Virus record (IMG/VR): IMGVR_UViG_3300020379_000927
Span: 1-39,098 of that record
Reading direction: 5' to 3' (one strand)
Source: a virus
Taxonomy: Duplodnaviria; Caudoviricetes
DNA length: 39,098 nucleotides
Numbering within the stretch: the first letter of the stretch is position 1; the number at the start of each line of letters is the position of its first letter. Under the pieces are notes generated by a model. It was not told where the DNA came from. It saw only the letters and a list, made by a program, of their open reading frames with translations, and did not search any database. A program made the translations under genes and the position numbers. Shown here one piece after another: positions 1-6,608 of the stretch.

Positions 1-12
1 GAGGGCAGTTTA

Positions 13-297
13 ATGTTACCAGAGTACAGACCAGTTAAAGAGTTGAATGACTTTGTTGATTATGTTTGGTCATTCTACGGTGCTTCTGATGCACTCTATC
101 CTATTGAAGGATTACAAAAGAGAGACATCTACAATGCTTTCTTTACCTACAAGGATAGAATAGAGAAGGGTGATATTGAGTATGAACATTATTCTTGGGG
201 TTTTGGTGATAGTTTAGATCGTGAGAGAGTAAGAGACATTATACTTGAGAATCCAAAATTTAAACAAGTAAACCGTTTCAATCTTTTAAACAAATGA
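13..297 (+). CDS. hypothetical phage protein (94 aa)
   Basis: ORF track; GAGG upstream; overlaps next ORF (ATGA-type coupling). Confidence 0.75.
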   Translation: MLPEYRPVKELNDFVDYVWSFYGASDALYPIEGLQKRDIYNAFFTYKDRIEKGDIEYEHYSWGFGDSLDRERVRDIILENPKFKQVNRFNLLNK

Positions 298-518
298 GAA
301 CAACTCAAAACCAAATCTTTGCAGACATCGACTACTTGGTTGATGAACTGGGTATGAACGCTGATGACTGTGATGAAATTCTTCGGGCATGTGAGGAGTT
401 AGGAGGCATTAGTGCTGAATACTTCTGCGAGGAGTTTATCTTTGAAACTGGTGATCCTGATGACATTCCAAGATTACACGACGACAACTATCTTAAAATC
501 AACTGGGGGTTAAACTAA
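294..518 (+). CDS. acidic hypothetical phage protein (74 aa)
   Basis: ORF track; TAATG coupling to the next ORF. Confidence 0.75.
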   Translation: MRTTQNQIFADIDYLVDELGMNADDCDEILRACEELGGISAEYFCEEFIFETGDPDDIPRLHDDNYLKINWGLN

Positions 519-649
519 TGACTTCACTAACATTTACATACGATCAGTTATACCAAATGAGCAGATTGTATGAAACATTATTAGAAACTGACCACGAATT
601 ACATCCCTTAGTTGATGATGTATTCATTAAAATCTTGGAGGCAAAGTAA
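518..649 (+). CDS. small hypothetical protein (43 aa, MTSLTFTYDQ...KILEAK)
   Basis: Translated by hand (below track cutoff); exactly fills the gap with TAATG overlaps at both ends. Confidence 0.7.
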   Translation: MTSLTFTYDQLYQMSRLYETLLETDHELHPLVDDVFIKILEAK

Positions 650-858
650 TGAGCGAACTATTAAACAGTTACACATTTGAGGCAAAGAAAATTGTTTACT
701 ATTCAGTAACAGTTGGTGCAGAAAATAAAACTGAAGCAAAGAGAATTGCAAAAGATTTTGAACATTGCAAACATTATGAAGAGGTTGAGTATTGTGAAGG
801 ATATGAGTATAAGGTAGGTAAACTATTAGAAACAACTGATGAAAAGTGGTTAACATGA
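649..858 (+). CDS. hypothetical phage protein (69 aa)
   Basis: ORF track; GGAGG upstream; coupled overlaps. Confidence 0.75.
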   Translation: MSELLNSYTFEAKKIVYYSVTVGAENKTEAKRIAKDFEHCKHYEEVEYCEGYEYKVGKLLETTDEKWLT

Positions 859-965
859 TGGAACCATTAGACTCTAAGGTGTATGAAGAGTTAAAAGAAG
901 CATCACCAACAGTTAAGTATTATTTTCTTTATCATGAGGCAAAGGACAATGACAAGCGAAACTAA
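855..965 (+). CDS. small hypothetical protein (36 aa, MMEPLDSKVY...DNDKRN)
   Basis: Translated by hand; ATGA overlap with the upstream stop; fills the gap. Confidence 0.5.
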   Translation: MMEPLDSKVYEELKEASPTVKYYFLYHEAKDNDKRN

Positions 966-1140
966 GTTAATCTGTGCATTAACAGAGAAAGAGATTAGCA
1001 CAATACTATTCATCTTACAGTGTCACGCACATAGAAGACAAACTACTGATGAGATTGAGAGAGTATTTGAAGAGTTAGAAGGAGCAGTTGACGCACATTA
1101 TGAATTAACAGAGGAGTTTATACCAAACTTCCATGATTAA
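949..1140 (+). CDS. hypothetical phage protein (probable start 949, MTSETK...)
   Basis: ORF track 934-1140; AAGGA just upstream of the ATG at 949. Confidence 0.65.
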   Translation: MTSETKLICALTEKEISTILFILQCHAHRRQTTDEIERVFEELEGAVDAHYELTEEFIPNFHD

Positions 1141-1348
1141 GATTGATTCATTAAGTAGAGCAATCGGATCAGTATTGATTGTTATATCATACTTTGTTGT
1201 GTTAAATGTATCTGCAACAATCGGTGCAGGAATGTATTTGGTGAGTCATTTTCTAAGTATGCCATACTTTGTAAGAACAAAAGGGTGGGATGTTGTGATT
1301 ATGTTATCATTTTTAATTGTGATTAGTATAGGTAAGTTAATACAGTAA
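1133..1348 (+). CDS. small membrane protein (about 3 hydrophobic segments)
   Basis: Hydrophobic stretches AIGSVLIVISYFVVL, IGAGMYLVSHFLSM, VVIMLSFLIVISIG. Confidence 0.75.
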   Translation: MIKIDSLSRAIGSVLIVISYFVVLNVSATIGAGMYLVSHFLSMPYFVRTKGWDVVIMLSFLIVISIGKLIQ

Positions 1349-1358
1349 TGTTAAGAGA

Positions 1359-1387
1359 TTGACAAATAAGGGGAAAAGTATTATAAT
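1359..1387 (+). promoter_or_regulatory. sigma70-type (early) promoter
   Basis: TTGACA (1359-1364), 17 nt, TATAAT (1382-1387): perfect consensus in an intergenic gap. Confidence 0.85.
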
Positions 1388-1415
1388 TAGTATCAACCAC
1401 CACCCCCTAAGTCCG

Positions 1416-1640
1416 ATGAAAGAAGTAACATTTACTAACGAAGAGTTTGATTTAGTTTTTAATCTATTACAGGATCATTTGGAAGACATAATGCAAGATG
1501 AGTTTTTCCACGTTGATAGTCATGAAGAAGCAGAGAGAGCAACACAATTAACTGTTGATAGTCTGCGAAGTATGAAGAATTATATGAATGATACATTAGA
1601 AGCAGAATGTTTTGAGGGTGCAGCAGGTTTAACAGCATGA
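1416..1640 (+). CDS. acidic hypothetical protein (probable start 1416, MKEVTF...)
   Basis: The track start at 1359 is the TTG of the -35 box; the first ATG after the promoter is 1416. Confidence 0.7.
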   Translation: MKEVTFTNEEFDLVFNLLQDHLEDIMQDEFFHVDSHEEAERATQLTVDSLRSMKNYMNDTLEAECFEGAAGLTA

Positions 1641-1822
1641 GTGAAGAAGAACTTGAACAGTTTGAAAAGGCACTTGAAACTTTTATGGAGTATGCAAGTG
1701 TCGAAGAACTTAATTATTTGAGAAGAGAATCAACCCGAAAGTATAATCAATCATACTATCAACATAAGGCAGACGAACTTAAAGTTGATTTAGATTATTA
1801 TATGAAGGAGTTTGTAGTATGA
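1637..1822 (+). CDS. hypothetical phage protein (61 aa)
   Basis: ORF track; ATGA coupling. Confidence 0.7.
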   Translation: MSEEELEQFEKALETFMEYASVEELNYLRRESTRKYNQSYYQHKADELKVDLDYYMKEFVV

Positions 1823-1992
1823 GAATGAATGATGCGACTAAGTTAAACTTTGCGTTGGAACATATCGCTCATTTAGAAGATTATATTAATGAAGATTGGC
1901 ATCCAGAGTTACAACATAAGTTAAAGATGATTAAAGAGAAGTTAGAAGAACACCACAGAGGTTTACAATCTAAAGGTAGAGTGGTATTATAG
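1819..1992 (+). CDS. small hypothetical protein (57 aa, MRMNDATKLN...GRVVL)
   Basis: Translated by hand; AAGGAG RBS, ATGA overlap, fills the gap. Confidence 0.7.
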   Translation: MRMNDATKLNFALEHIAHLEDYINEDWHPELQHKLKMIKEKLEEHHRGLQSKGRVVL

Positions 1993-1999
1993 ATAACAA

Positions 2000-2230
2000 A
2001 TGAAATATCTTTATATTATTGACTATTGGGTTCCATTTCCATCTTCTGAGTATGGTGGTATTGTAAATGTAATTGCTGAAGATGATTCAGAAGCATTTGA
2101 GTTACTATCAAAGGAAGAAGGATTTGATGAAACTTATATTGATCGTATTATGCCTAATGTAATCAAGGCACAAAAACTGCAATTAGCAGATGATTACGAA
2201 TCAAATATCATAGACGCATTTATCACATAG
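2000..2230 (+). CDS. hypothetical cyanophage-type protein (YIIDYWVPFPSSEYGG motif)
   Basis: ORF track; motif resembles small cyanophage proteins as I recall them. Confidence 0.75.
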   Translation: MKYLYIIDYWVPFPSSEYGGIVNVIAEDDSEAFELLSKEEGFDETYIDRIMPNVIKAQKLQLADDYESNIIDAFIT

Positions 2231-2234
2231 AACT

Positions 2235-2453
2235 ATGGCAAGGAAAAAAAAGAGCAGTACAACTTTTAGAGTTGATAAAATAAGAAGTCATGTTACTGAT
2301 GCAGACAGAGAGGATACTTCTAATCCTGGTCAGCAGTGGAATAAACAAATTGGTGGATTTGTGTCTGAAGAGGCAGCACAAGAGTGGATAACAAATAGTA
2401 TGAAGATGGATAAGTCCGCAATCGCAGAAGACTTTAGAATAGTAGGTGAGTAG
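2235..2453 (+). CDS. hypothetical phage protein (72 aa)
   Basis: ORF track; tight packing. Confidence 0.7.
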   Translation: MARKKKSSTTFRVDKIRSHVTDADREDTSNPGQQWNKQIGGFVSEEAAQEWITNSMKMDKSAIAEDFRIVGE

Positions 2454-2455
2454 TA

Positions 2456-2620
2456 ATGGACAAACTTTATAGGATTGAAGAACTGTGTACTGATGGGTGG
2501 TCAGTATTAGATAAGAAGGCAGTTAGGTTGACAAAGGATCAAGCAAAGGCACGATTGGATGAAGCAATAGCAGAAGGATTAAACCCCAACCTACTAAGAG
2601 CGATTCCAGATAATGTATGA
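2456..2620 (+). CDS. small hypothetical protein (54 aa, MDKLYRIEEL...IPDNV)
   Basis: Translated by hand; fills the gap; AGGTGA upstream. Confidence 0.7.
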   Translation: MDKLYRIEELCTDGWSVLDKKAVRLTKDQAKARLDEAIAEGLNPNLLRAIPDNV

Positions 2621-2990
2621 ACCACAAGTTGATGATTATGTAAAATGGACTAACTCTTTGGGGCAAGTTCATGAAGGATGGGTATATTTTAAAGGTGACC
2701 CAGTTGATAATAAGAAACGTATTAAGGATGGGTGGAACTCTATTAGTCAGTATATTACTATTGAGTTAGGAGTGAAACCCAAACCTCATTGTGTTTATTC
2801 ATCTGGCAAACCTCATAGGCATAAGAACATTCATATATTATTATTGTGTAATAGAGAGCATTGGGGAGAATTAGAATATATCAGAAATAGGAGAGACGAG
2901 CTAACGAGTGACAGACCGCCTGAAAATAAGACGCAAGACCCTTATGCAGGTTATAAGAGTCAAGAAGGAAGGTATATTGATGTTCAGTAA
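2613..2990 (+). CDS. hypothetical cyanophage-type protein (YEPQVDDYVKW...GWVYFK...YITIELGVKPK)
   Basis: ORF track, 125 aa. Confidence 0.75.
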   Translation: MYEPQVDDYVKWTNSLGQVHEGWVYFKGDPVDNKKRIKDGWNSISQYITIELGVKPKPHCVYSSGKPHRHKNIHILLLCNREHWGELEYIRNRRDELTSDRPPENKTQDPYAGYKSQEGRYIDVQ

Positions 2991-3062
2991 GTTGAGAGTA
3001 AGTTTATATGTTATAGCAGGAGTCTTGCTATTACACAGAGTGTATATGATATACTCCTAAGA

Positions 3063-3070
3063 AATAAATA
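3063..3070 (+). promoter_or_regulatory. T4-type late promoter (AATAAATA variant)
   Basis: ATAAATA at 3064-3070, about 25 nt upstream of the ATG at 3096. Confidence 0.5.
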
Positions 3071-3095
3071 GCAAGTAATCATAGGTAACTGAGTA

Positions 3096-3461
3096 ATGCA
3101 CCCAACAGAAGATAATGTAGGAATCACAACGACGTGGAGTGTGAGTGGACTGAGGAGTTTAAAGTCTAATGGTCTTGTAGATAGTGTGAGTTATGTTGTG
3201 TATTGCAGAGAACAAGTAGGCGTAGGACTGAGTGCCACATTACAGACAAATAGGTACTGTGATACTATGGATTTGGAAGGGACTTCACCTACCATAGCAC
3301 TTGCAGATTTAACAGAGGAAAATGTCATAGGATGGGTGAAAACAGGGTTAGGAAGTACAGAGGTTACAAGGATAGAAAATAGTGTTGCACCACCAAAAAC
3401 TAAGTATGATTTTGATGAGAATAGAGAGATAAGAGAGAGTAGTAGTCTTCCTTGGATGTAG
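3096..3461 (+). CDS. putative tail-fibre-associated small protein
   Basis: TTTWSV...DLTEENVIGWVKTGLG...LPW pattern resembles small proteins that accompany phage fibre genes; late-like promoter upstream. Confidence 0.55.
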   Translation: MHPTEDNVGITTTWSVSGLRSLKSNGLVDSVSYVVYCREQVGVGLSATLQTNRYCDTMDLEGTSPTIALADLTEENVIGWVKTGLGSTEVTRIENSVAPPKTKYDFDENREIRESSSLPWM

Positions 3462-3692
3462 AGAATAAGTAAGGGGTTTCTATCAGTAATCTTTTAGGGG
3501 TTTTGTATCCTTTTATACCATATTGTCTTGAAATAGTATTAAAATAAGGTTTTAAATACCTTTATAAATATGTTTCTGTTTTTTATCTCCTTATTGAGAA
3601 TATTCTCAGGATACTATCCTTAAGTATCAAATAAGGGTTGAATAAGTGTTATAATTAGTAGGTTTATCACTCAGACTTATGCAAGTTTAGCG

Positions 3693-3721
3693 AGCGTACC
3701 ATGAGGCGAGCGATCTGTCAA
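3693..3721 (-). promoter_or_regulatory. sigma70-type promoter firing leftwards
   Basis: Minus-strand TTGACA (3721-3716), 17 nt, TACGCT (3698-3693); no ORF downstream. Confidence 0.45.
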
Positions 3722-3790
3722 GTCTCAGGATTTTTTTTTCTCCATAAGGACACAGAATTTCTTCGAGATCTTCGTGATTTTATAGGAAAA

Positions 3791-4017
3791 AATCTAGTCG
3801 AGATATGCACATAATCTCGTGTTGACAATCTCGACGAGATCTGGTATAATACAGTCATCAACTAGATTAATCTCGACTAGATTCTCATGTCATATCAACT
3901 AGATTGTCAACTAGATTTTGATCTCGACGAGATCTCATCATCATACTATACACATACATCATGTCATCTAGATGATCATGACGAGATGTATGCACGTCGA
4001 GACACATCATACGAGAC
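3791..4017. repeat. iteron-like repeat cluster, consensus TCRAC(T/G)AGAT
   Basis: Copies near 3831, 3858, 3873, 3895, 3907, 3924; degenerate copies near 3964, 3979, 4007; inverted copy at 3791-3804. Confidence 0.8.
3822..3850 (+). promoter_or_regulatory. consensus sigma70 promoter with a palindromic spacer
   Basis: TTGACA (3822-3827), ATCTCGACGAGATCTGG (17 nt), TATAAT (3845-3850). Confidence 0.85.
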
Positions 4018-4019
4018 AC

Positions 4020-4048
4020 TTGCACATAGGTATCATGTATGATATAAT
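4020..4048 (+). promoter_or_regulatory. sigma70-type promoter
   Basis: TTGCAC (4020-4025), 17 nt, TATAAT (4043-4048). Confidence 0.55.
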
Positions 4049-4064
4049 GTAATCACATAGACGC

Positions 4065-4123
4065 ATTATAATGCACACATACGCATGTTACACGCAGGTG
4101 TGTGCAGTCTATGAATTGGCATA
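4065..4123 (-). promoter_or_regulatory. palindrome/-10 unit, leftward (degenerate)
   Basis: GTGTGCA-N10-TGGCATA (4100-4123), 29 nt, minus-strand TATAAT (4070-4065). Confidence 0.55.
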
Positions 4124-4166
4124 CAGATCTTAGGGGCATTTGTAAGTGTGCCGCCTAATAAACTGT

Positions 4167-4225
4167 ATTATAGTCGGTTGTTCCTCCTATGCAACCGACC
4201 TTGTGCCACTATTATTTCTGGCACA
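4167..4225 (-). promoter_or_regulatory. palindrome/hairpin/-10 unit, leftward
   Basis: TGTGCCA-N10-TGGCACA (4202-4225), 29 nt containing hairpin GTCGGTTG..CAACCGAC, minus-strand TATAAT (4172-4167). Confidence 0.75.
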
Positions 4226-4326
4226 TAGGTATTAATTCTTTTTACATAATAATATTTCATCGCAGGGGGAGTGTCGAAGATTTTTGTCCTCGGTGATACC
4301 CCTCACCTCTTTCAGTTGTTACATCT

Positions 4327-4420
4327 ATTATAATTCCTCATCACATAAAATCTACCCATCTTGTGCCACTTTGTGAACTGGCACACTCTGCACACCACTC
4401 GCTTCAATCTGGTGTATTGT
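4327..4420. promoter_or_regulatory. bidirectional palindrome/-10 unit
   Basis: TGTGCCA-N10-TGGCACA (4362-4385) with minus TATAAT (4332-4327) and plus TATTGT (4415-4420), each 29 nt away. Confidence 0.75.
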
Positions 4421-4448
4421 AAGAGGGTACAACAAATGAACATTTTAA

Positions 4449-4709
4449 ATGATTCAATCAGAACTTTTGGGAAGGCACTTCTGGATCTCACCCTACACAG
4501 GAGATTTCGCCAGTTGCCCCACCTTCGCTGATGGCACACCTGATACTGAGAACACCGATTACCTTGAGGATTGGGAGGGTGATGATCTTACCATCTATGA
4601 GTTTCGGGAGGTTGTAAGAATCTATCAACGCCTTAGCAGCAGAAGGTTTAAGGGTGTGGGTGGATGGGATCTACCTAAGAGGTTTATGAATTTCGTATGT
4701 GCCGATTGA
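4449..4709 (+). CDS. cassette ORF, hypothetical (86 aa)
   Basis: ORF track; downstream of the unit promoter; stop lies inside the next palindrome. Confidence 0.75.
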   Translation: MIQSELLGRHFWISPYTGDFASCPTFADGTPDTENTDYLEDWEGDDLTIYEFREVVRIYQRLSSRRFKGVGGWDLPKRFMNFVCAD

Positions 4710-4756
4710 AAAACTGGCACACTCAACCCCCATTTTACCTGATGGGGGTTTATTAT
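4698..4756 (+). promoter_or_regulatory. palindrome/hairpin/-10 unit
   Basis: TGTGCCG-N10-TGGCACA (4698-4721), 29 nt with AACCCCCAT..ATGGGGGTT, TATTAT (4751-4756). Confidence 0.8.
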
Positions 4757-4782
4757 TAAAGAGTACCAAACAAATCTTAGAA

Positions 4783-4965
4783 ATGAATCTCTCTAAAGAA
4801 GATCTTCAGATTATCAACGAAGTTTTCTGCCAATCAAACGCCTTCGATCTCCCAGAGAAATGGGATGAAGAGTTCAACTCCGAAGAGGATGCTGATTTCA
4901 GAAATGAGAATTTCACTTCAGCACGATTCTCTGAAGTATGGGAAAGGATCTCATCCAGTTTATAA
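4783..4965 (+). CDS. cassette ORF, acidic hypothetical (60 aa, MNLSKEDLQ...)
   Basis: In frame with track ORF 4699-4965; first ATG after the -10 box. Confidence 0.75.
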   Translation: MNLSKEDLQIINEVFCQSNAFDLPEKWDEEFNSEEDADFRNENFTSARFSEVWERISSSL

Positions 4966-5009
4966 ACTGGCACACATAAACCCCATTCTACGGAGTGGGG
5001 TTTTATAAT
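4951..5009 (+). promoter_or_regulatory. palindrome/hairpin/-10 unit
   Basis: Perfect palindrome CCAGTTTATAAACTGG (4955-4970) plus CACA, 29 nt with AAACCCCA..TGGGGTTT, TATAAT (5004-5009). Confidence 0.8.
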
Positions 5010-5035
5010 ATTAGTATAAGTTTCAACCTAAAGGA

Positions 5036-5539
5036 ATGAACACCACACCAGAACTTCAGTATCAAGCACTCTATGAGCAACTTTATACCCTGTGTGCAGA
5101 TCAGGGGTGGGGCGATCCTTTCAGTTATGCCCGTTCCCGTGAGATTCATATGGCAGGTATTTTGGGGCATCGTATCGCAGATGATTATTCAGGGGCAGAT
5201 GCCTTTGATGAGCAGGGAGGTTGTGAGTATAAAAGCACTATTGCCAAATCAATTAATGCAACTTACAACGGAATTTCCGTGCAGGATACGTGGGAAGAGC
5301 AGGAGAGATACCTTATTGAAGATAAGATTGGTAAGTATGCTAACCACTATTACGCACGGTATGATGGCGGAAAGATTGCCGAAGTGTGGAAACTTAATGC
5401 TGCTGATGTGCTAAGAATAGCATTACCAAAGGCAAAGAAGCAGTACCCTAAGAAGAGAGCAGGGAACGCAAAGGATCCCCGTATTGGTATTACCATATCT
5501 CAGAAAGAAATTCAACAGTACGGTGTGCAGGTTTTATAA
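5036..5539 (+). CDS. PD-(D/E)XK nuclease, PvuII-like restriction endonuclease fold
   Basis: GADAFDEQGGCEYKS catalytic motif parallels R.PvuII GNDAVDNAGQEYELKS; further N- and C-terminal blocks align by eye; similar length; AAGGA RBS. Confidence 0.7.
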   Translation: MNTTPELQYQALYEQLYTLCADQGWGDPFSYARSREIHMAGILGHRIADDYSGADAFDEQGGCEYKSTIAKSINATYNGISVQDTWEEQERYLIEDKIGKYANHYYARYDGGKIAEVWKLNAADVLRIALPKAKKQYPKKRAGNAKDPRIGITISQKEIQQYGVQVL

Positions 5540-5582
5540 CTGGCACACTCTGAGTGGTAACTCCTCCCTGAGTTGCTATTAT
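5524..5582 (+). promoter_or_regulatory. palindrome/hairpin/-10 unit
   Basis: TGTGCAG-N10-TGGCACA (5524-5547), 29 nt with GTAACTC..GAGTTGC, TATTAT (5577-5582). Confidence 0.8.
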
Positions 5583-5610
5583 TAAATTGTTCACAACCAA
5601 AGGATTCTAA

Positions 5611-5841
5611 ATGCAACTCCTCAAACTCGGCACTAATCAAACTCAGATTACACTTGCCGACGGACATCAAGTATTTTTCTCTTACAACACTCCTGTCGCT
5701 GCTAGGACTCCAGATTATGAGTACTACAGAACAGAGCGTAAGTGGTCAGTAACCACCAGTCGCCACATCAACAAATGGTTAGACGGGGTTAATGCTAAGA
5801 CATTACCACAGGATTTCTTTGATAACCTAACCAGTAACTAA
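5611..5841 (+). CDS. cassette ORF, phage hypothetical (FFSYNTPVA...WSVTTSRHINKWL)
   Basis: ORF track; SY.TPVA / S.TT.RH..W motif that I recognise from small phage proteins; AAGGA RBS. Confidence 0.8.
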   Translation: MQLLKLGTNQTQITLADGHQVFFSYNTPVAARTPDYEYYRTERKWSVTTSRHINKWLDGVNAKTLPQDFFDNLTSN

Positions 5842-5886
5842 ACTGGCACAACATGGGTTGCGGTTGCCCTCTCAACCGCCTATTAT
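5827..5886 (+). promoter_or_regulatory. palindrome/hairpin/-10 unit
   Basis: CCAGTAACTAAACTGGCACA (5831-5850), 30 nt with GCGGTTG..CAACCGC, TATTAT (5881-5886). Confidence 0.8.
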
Positions 5887-5907
5887 TCACATATCAGATT
5901 TAATTCA

Positions 5908-6045
5908 ATGTCTTTCCCACGTTTCGATGACTACCTCACAGACGATGCAATCGCAGCACTCATGGAGGATGCCATATCTGAAACTCTTTCAGATGATACA
6001 AAGAAAGACCTTGATGACTATCTGAAATCTAACAACGATTTTTAA
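5908..6045 (+). CDS. cassette ORF, small acidic protein (45 aa, MSFPRFDDYL...)
   Basis: Translated by hand; first ATG after the -10 box. Confidence 0.7.
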   Translation: MSFPRFDDYLTDDAIAALMEDAISETLSDDTKKDLDDYLKSNNDF

Positions 6046-6048
6046 CAA

Positions 6049-6183
6049 ATGACTCAAGTCACTTTGAAAAACACTAAGGCACAAATCTTTGATGCGTTAC
6101 AAAGTGTTAAAGATGTAAGGGAAGAAAGAAATGCCCTTGCTATCCTTAGTATAATACTTTTTACAACCACCTGCCTTTTTTAA
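6049..6183 (+). CDS. small protein with C-terminal hydrophobic anchor (44 aa, MTQVTLKNTK...)
   Basis: Translated by hand; C-terminus ALAILSIILFTTTCLF. Confidence 0.65.
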   Translation: MTQVTLKNTKAQIFDALQSVKDVREERNALAILSIILFTTTCLF

Positions 6184-6184
6184 A

Positions 6185-6301
6185 ATGCAACCTTTAACAA
6201 ATGAAATCTACGCAGCACTTAAAGAAGCAGAGCGTAGGCAAAAGGAAGCGGTTCTCAAATATGCACCACGCAGAAGAACCTCAATCTTAAACGATTATTA
6301 A
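6185..6301 (+). CDS. small basic protein (38 aa, MQPLTNEIYA...)
   Basis: Translated by hand; stop sits just before TGGCACA as in the other cassettes. Confidence 0.65.
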   Translation: MQPLTNEIYAALKEAERRQKEAVLKYAPRRRTSILNDY

Positions 6302-6345
6302 ATTGGCACAAAGGGGGTTCACACCCCCTCTTTTTTTGCTATACT
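6294..6345 (+). promoter_or_regulatory. half-palindrome/hairpin/-10 unit; hairpin plus T-tract is terminator-like
   Basis: AAATTGGCACA ending at 6310, 29 nt with AGGGGGT-TCAC-ACCCCCT then a T-run, TATACT (6340-6345). Confidence 0.75.
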
Positions 6346-6370
6346 AAAGGAGTAATAAGCAACCATTCAA

Positions 6371-6553
6371 ATGAGTTCTATAAACCACGAAGCACTAATG
6401 GAAATGTGCCACGATGAAGCGTGGGAAGAGTTCCGCCTTCATAACCAGTTAACTGATGATGAATTAACTGAGTTATGCCACAGGCAGGAATCAGGAACAT
6501 TAGTTGCGATAGAGCGTAAAGCACAGCAAATGTTTGAGGATAGATGCCAGTAA
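6371..6553 (+). CDS. cassette ORF, hypothetical (60 aa)
   Basis: ORF track; stop lies inside the next palindrome. Confidence 0.75.
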   Translation: MSSINHEALMEMCHDEAWEEFRLHNQLTDDELTELCHRQESGTLVAIERKAQQMFEDRCQ

Positions 6554-6602
6554 ACAAACTGGCACACGGAACCCCCAAAAGGGGGTTTTCTGTGTGTATA
6601 AT
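6543..6602 (+). promoter_or_regulatory. palindrome/hairpin/-10 unit
   Basis: GATGCCA-N10-TGGCACA (6543-6566), 30 nt with AACCCCC-AAAA-GGGGGTT, TATAAT (6597-6602). Confidence 0.8.
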
Positions 6603-6608
6603 AAGTAT

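Noticed and set aside
4147-4170. An eleventh palindrome unit (TGTGCCG-N10-TGTATTA)
   Set aside because: Right arm is degenerate and there is no -10 box at 29-30 nt; at most a relic half-site
4312-4539. Minus-strand 75-aa ORF
   Set aside because: Overlaps a plus-strand cassette gene and runs through the palindrome and promoters
5073-5414. Alternative-frame 113-aa ORF
   Set aside because: Nested in the nuclease gene, which has clear motifs and an RBS
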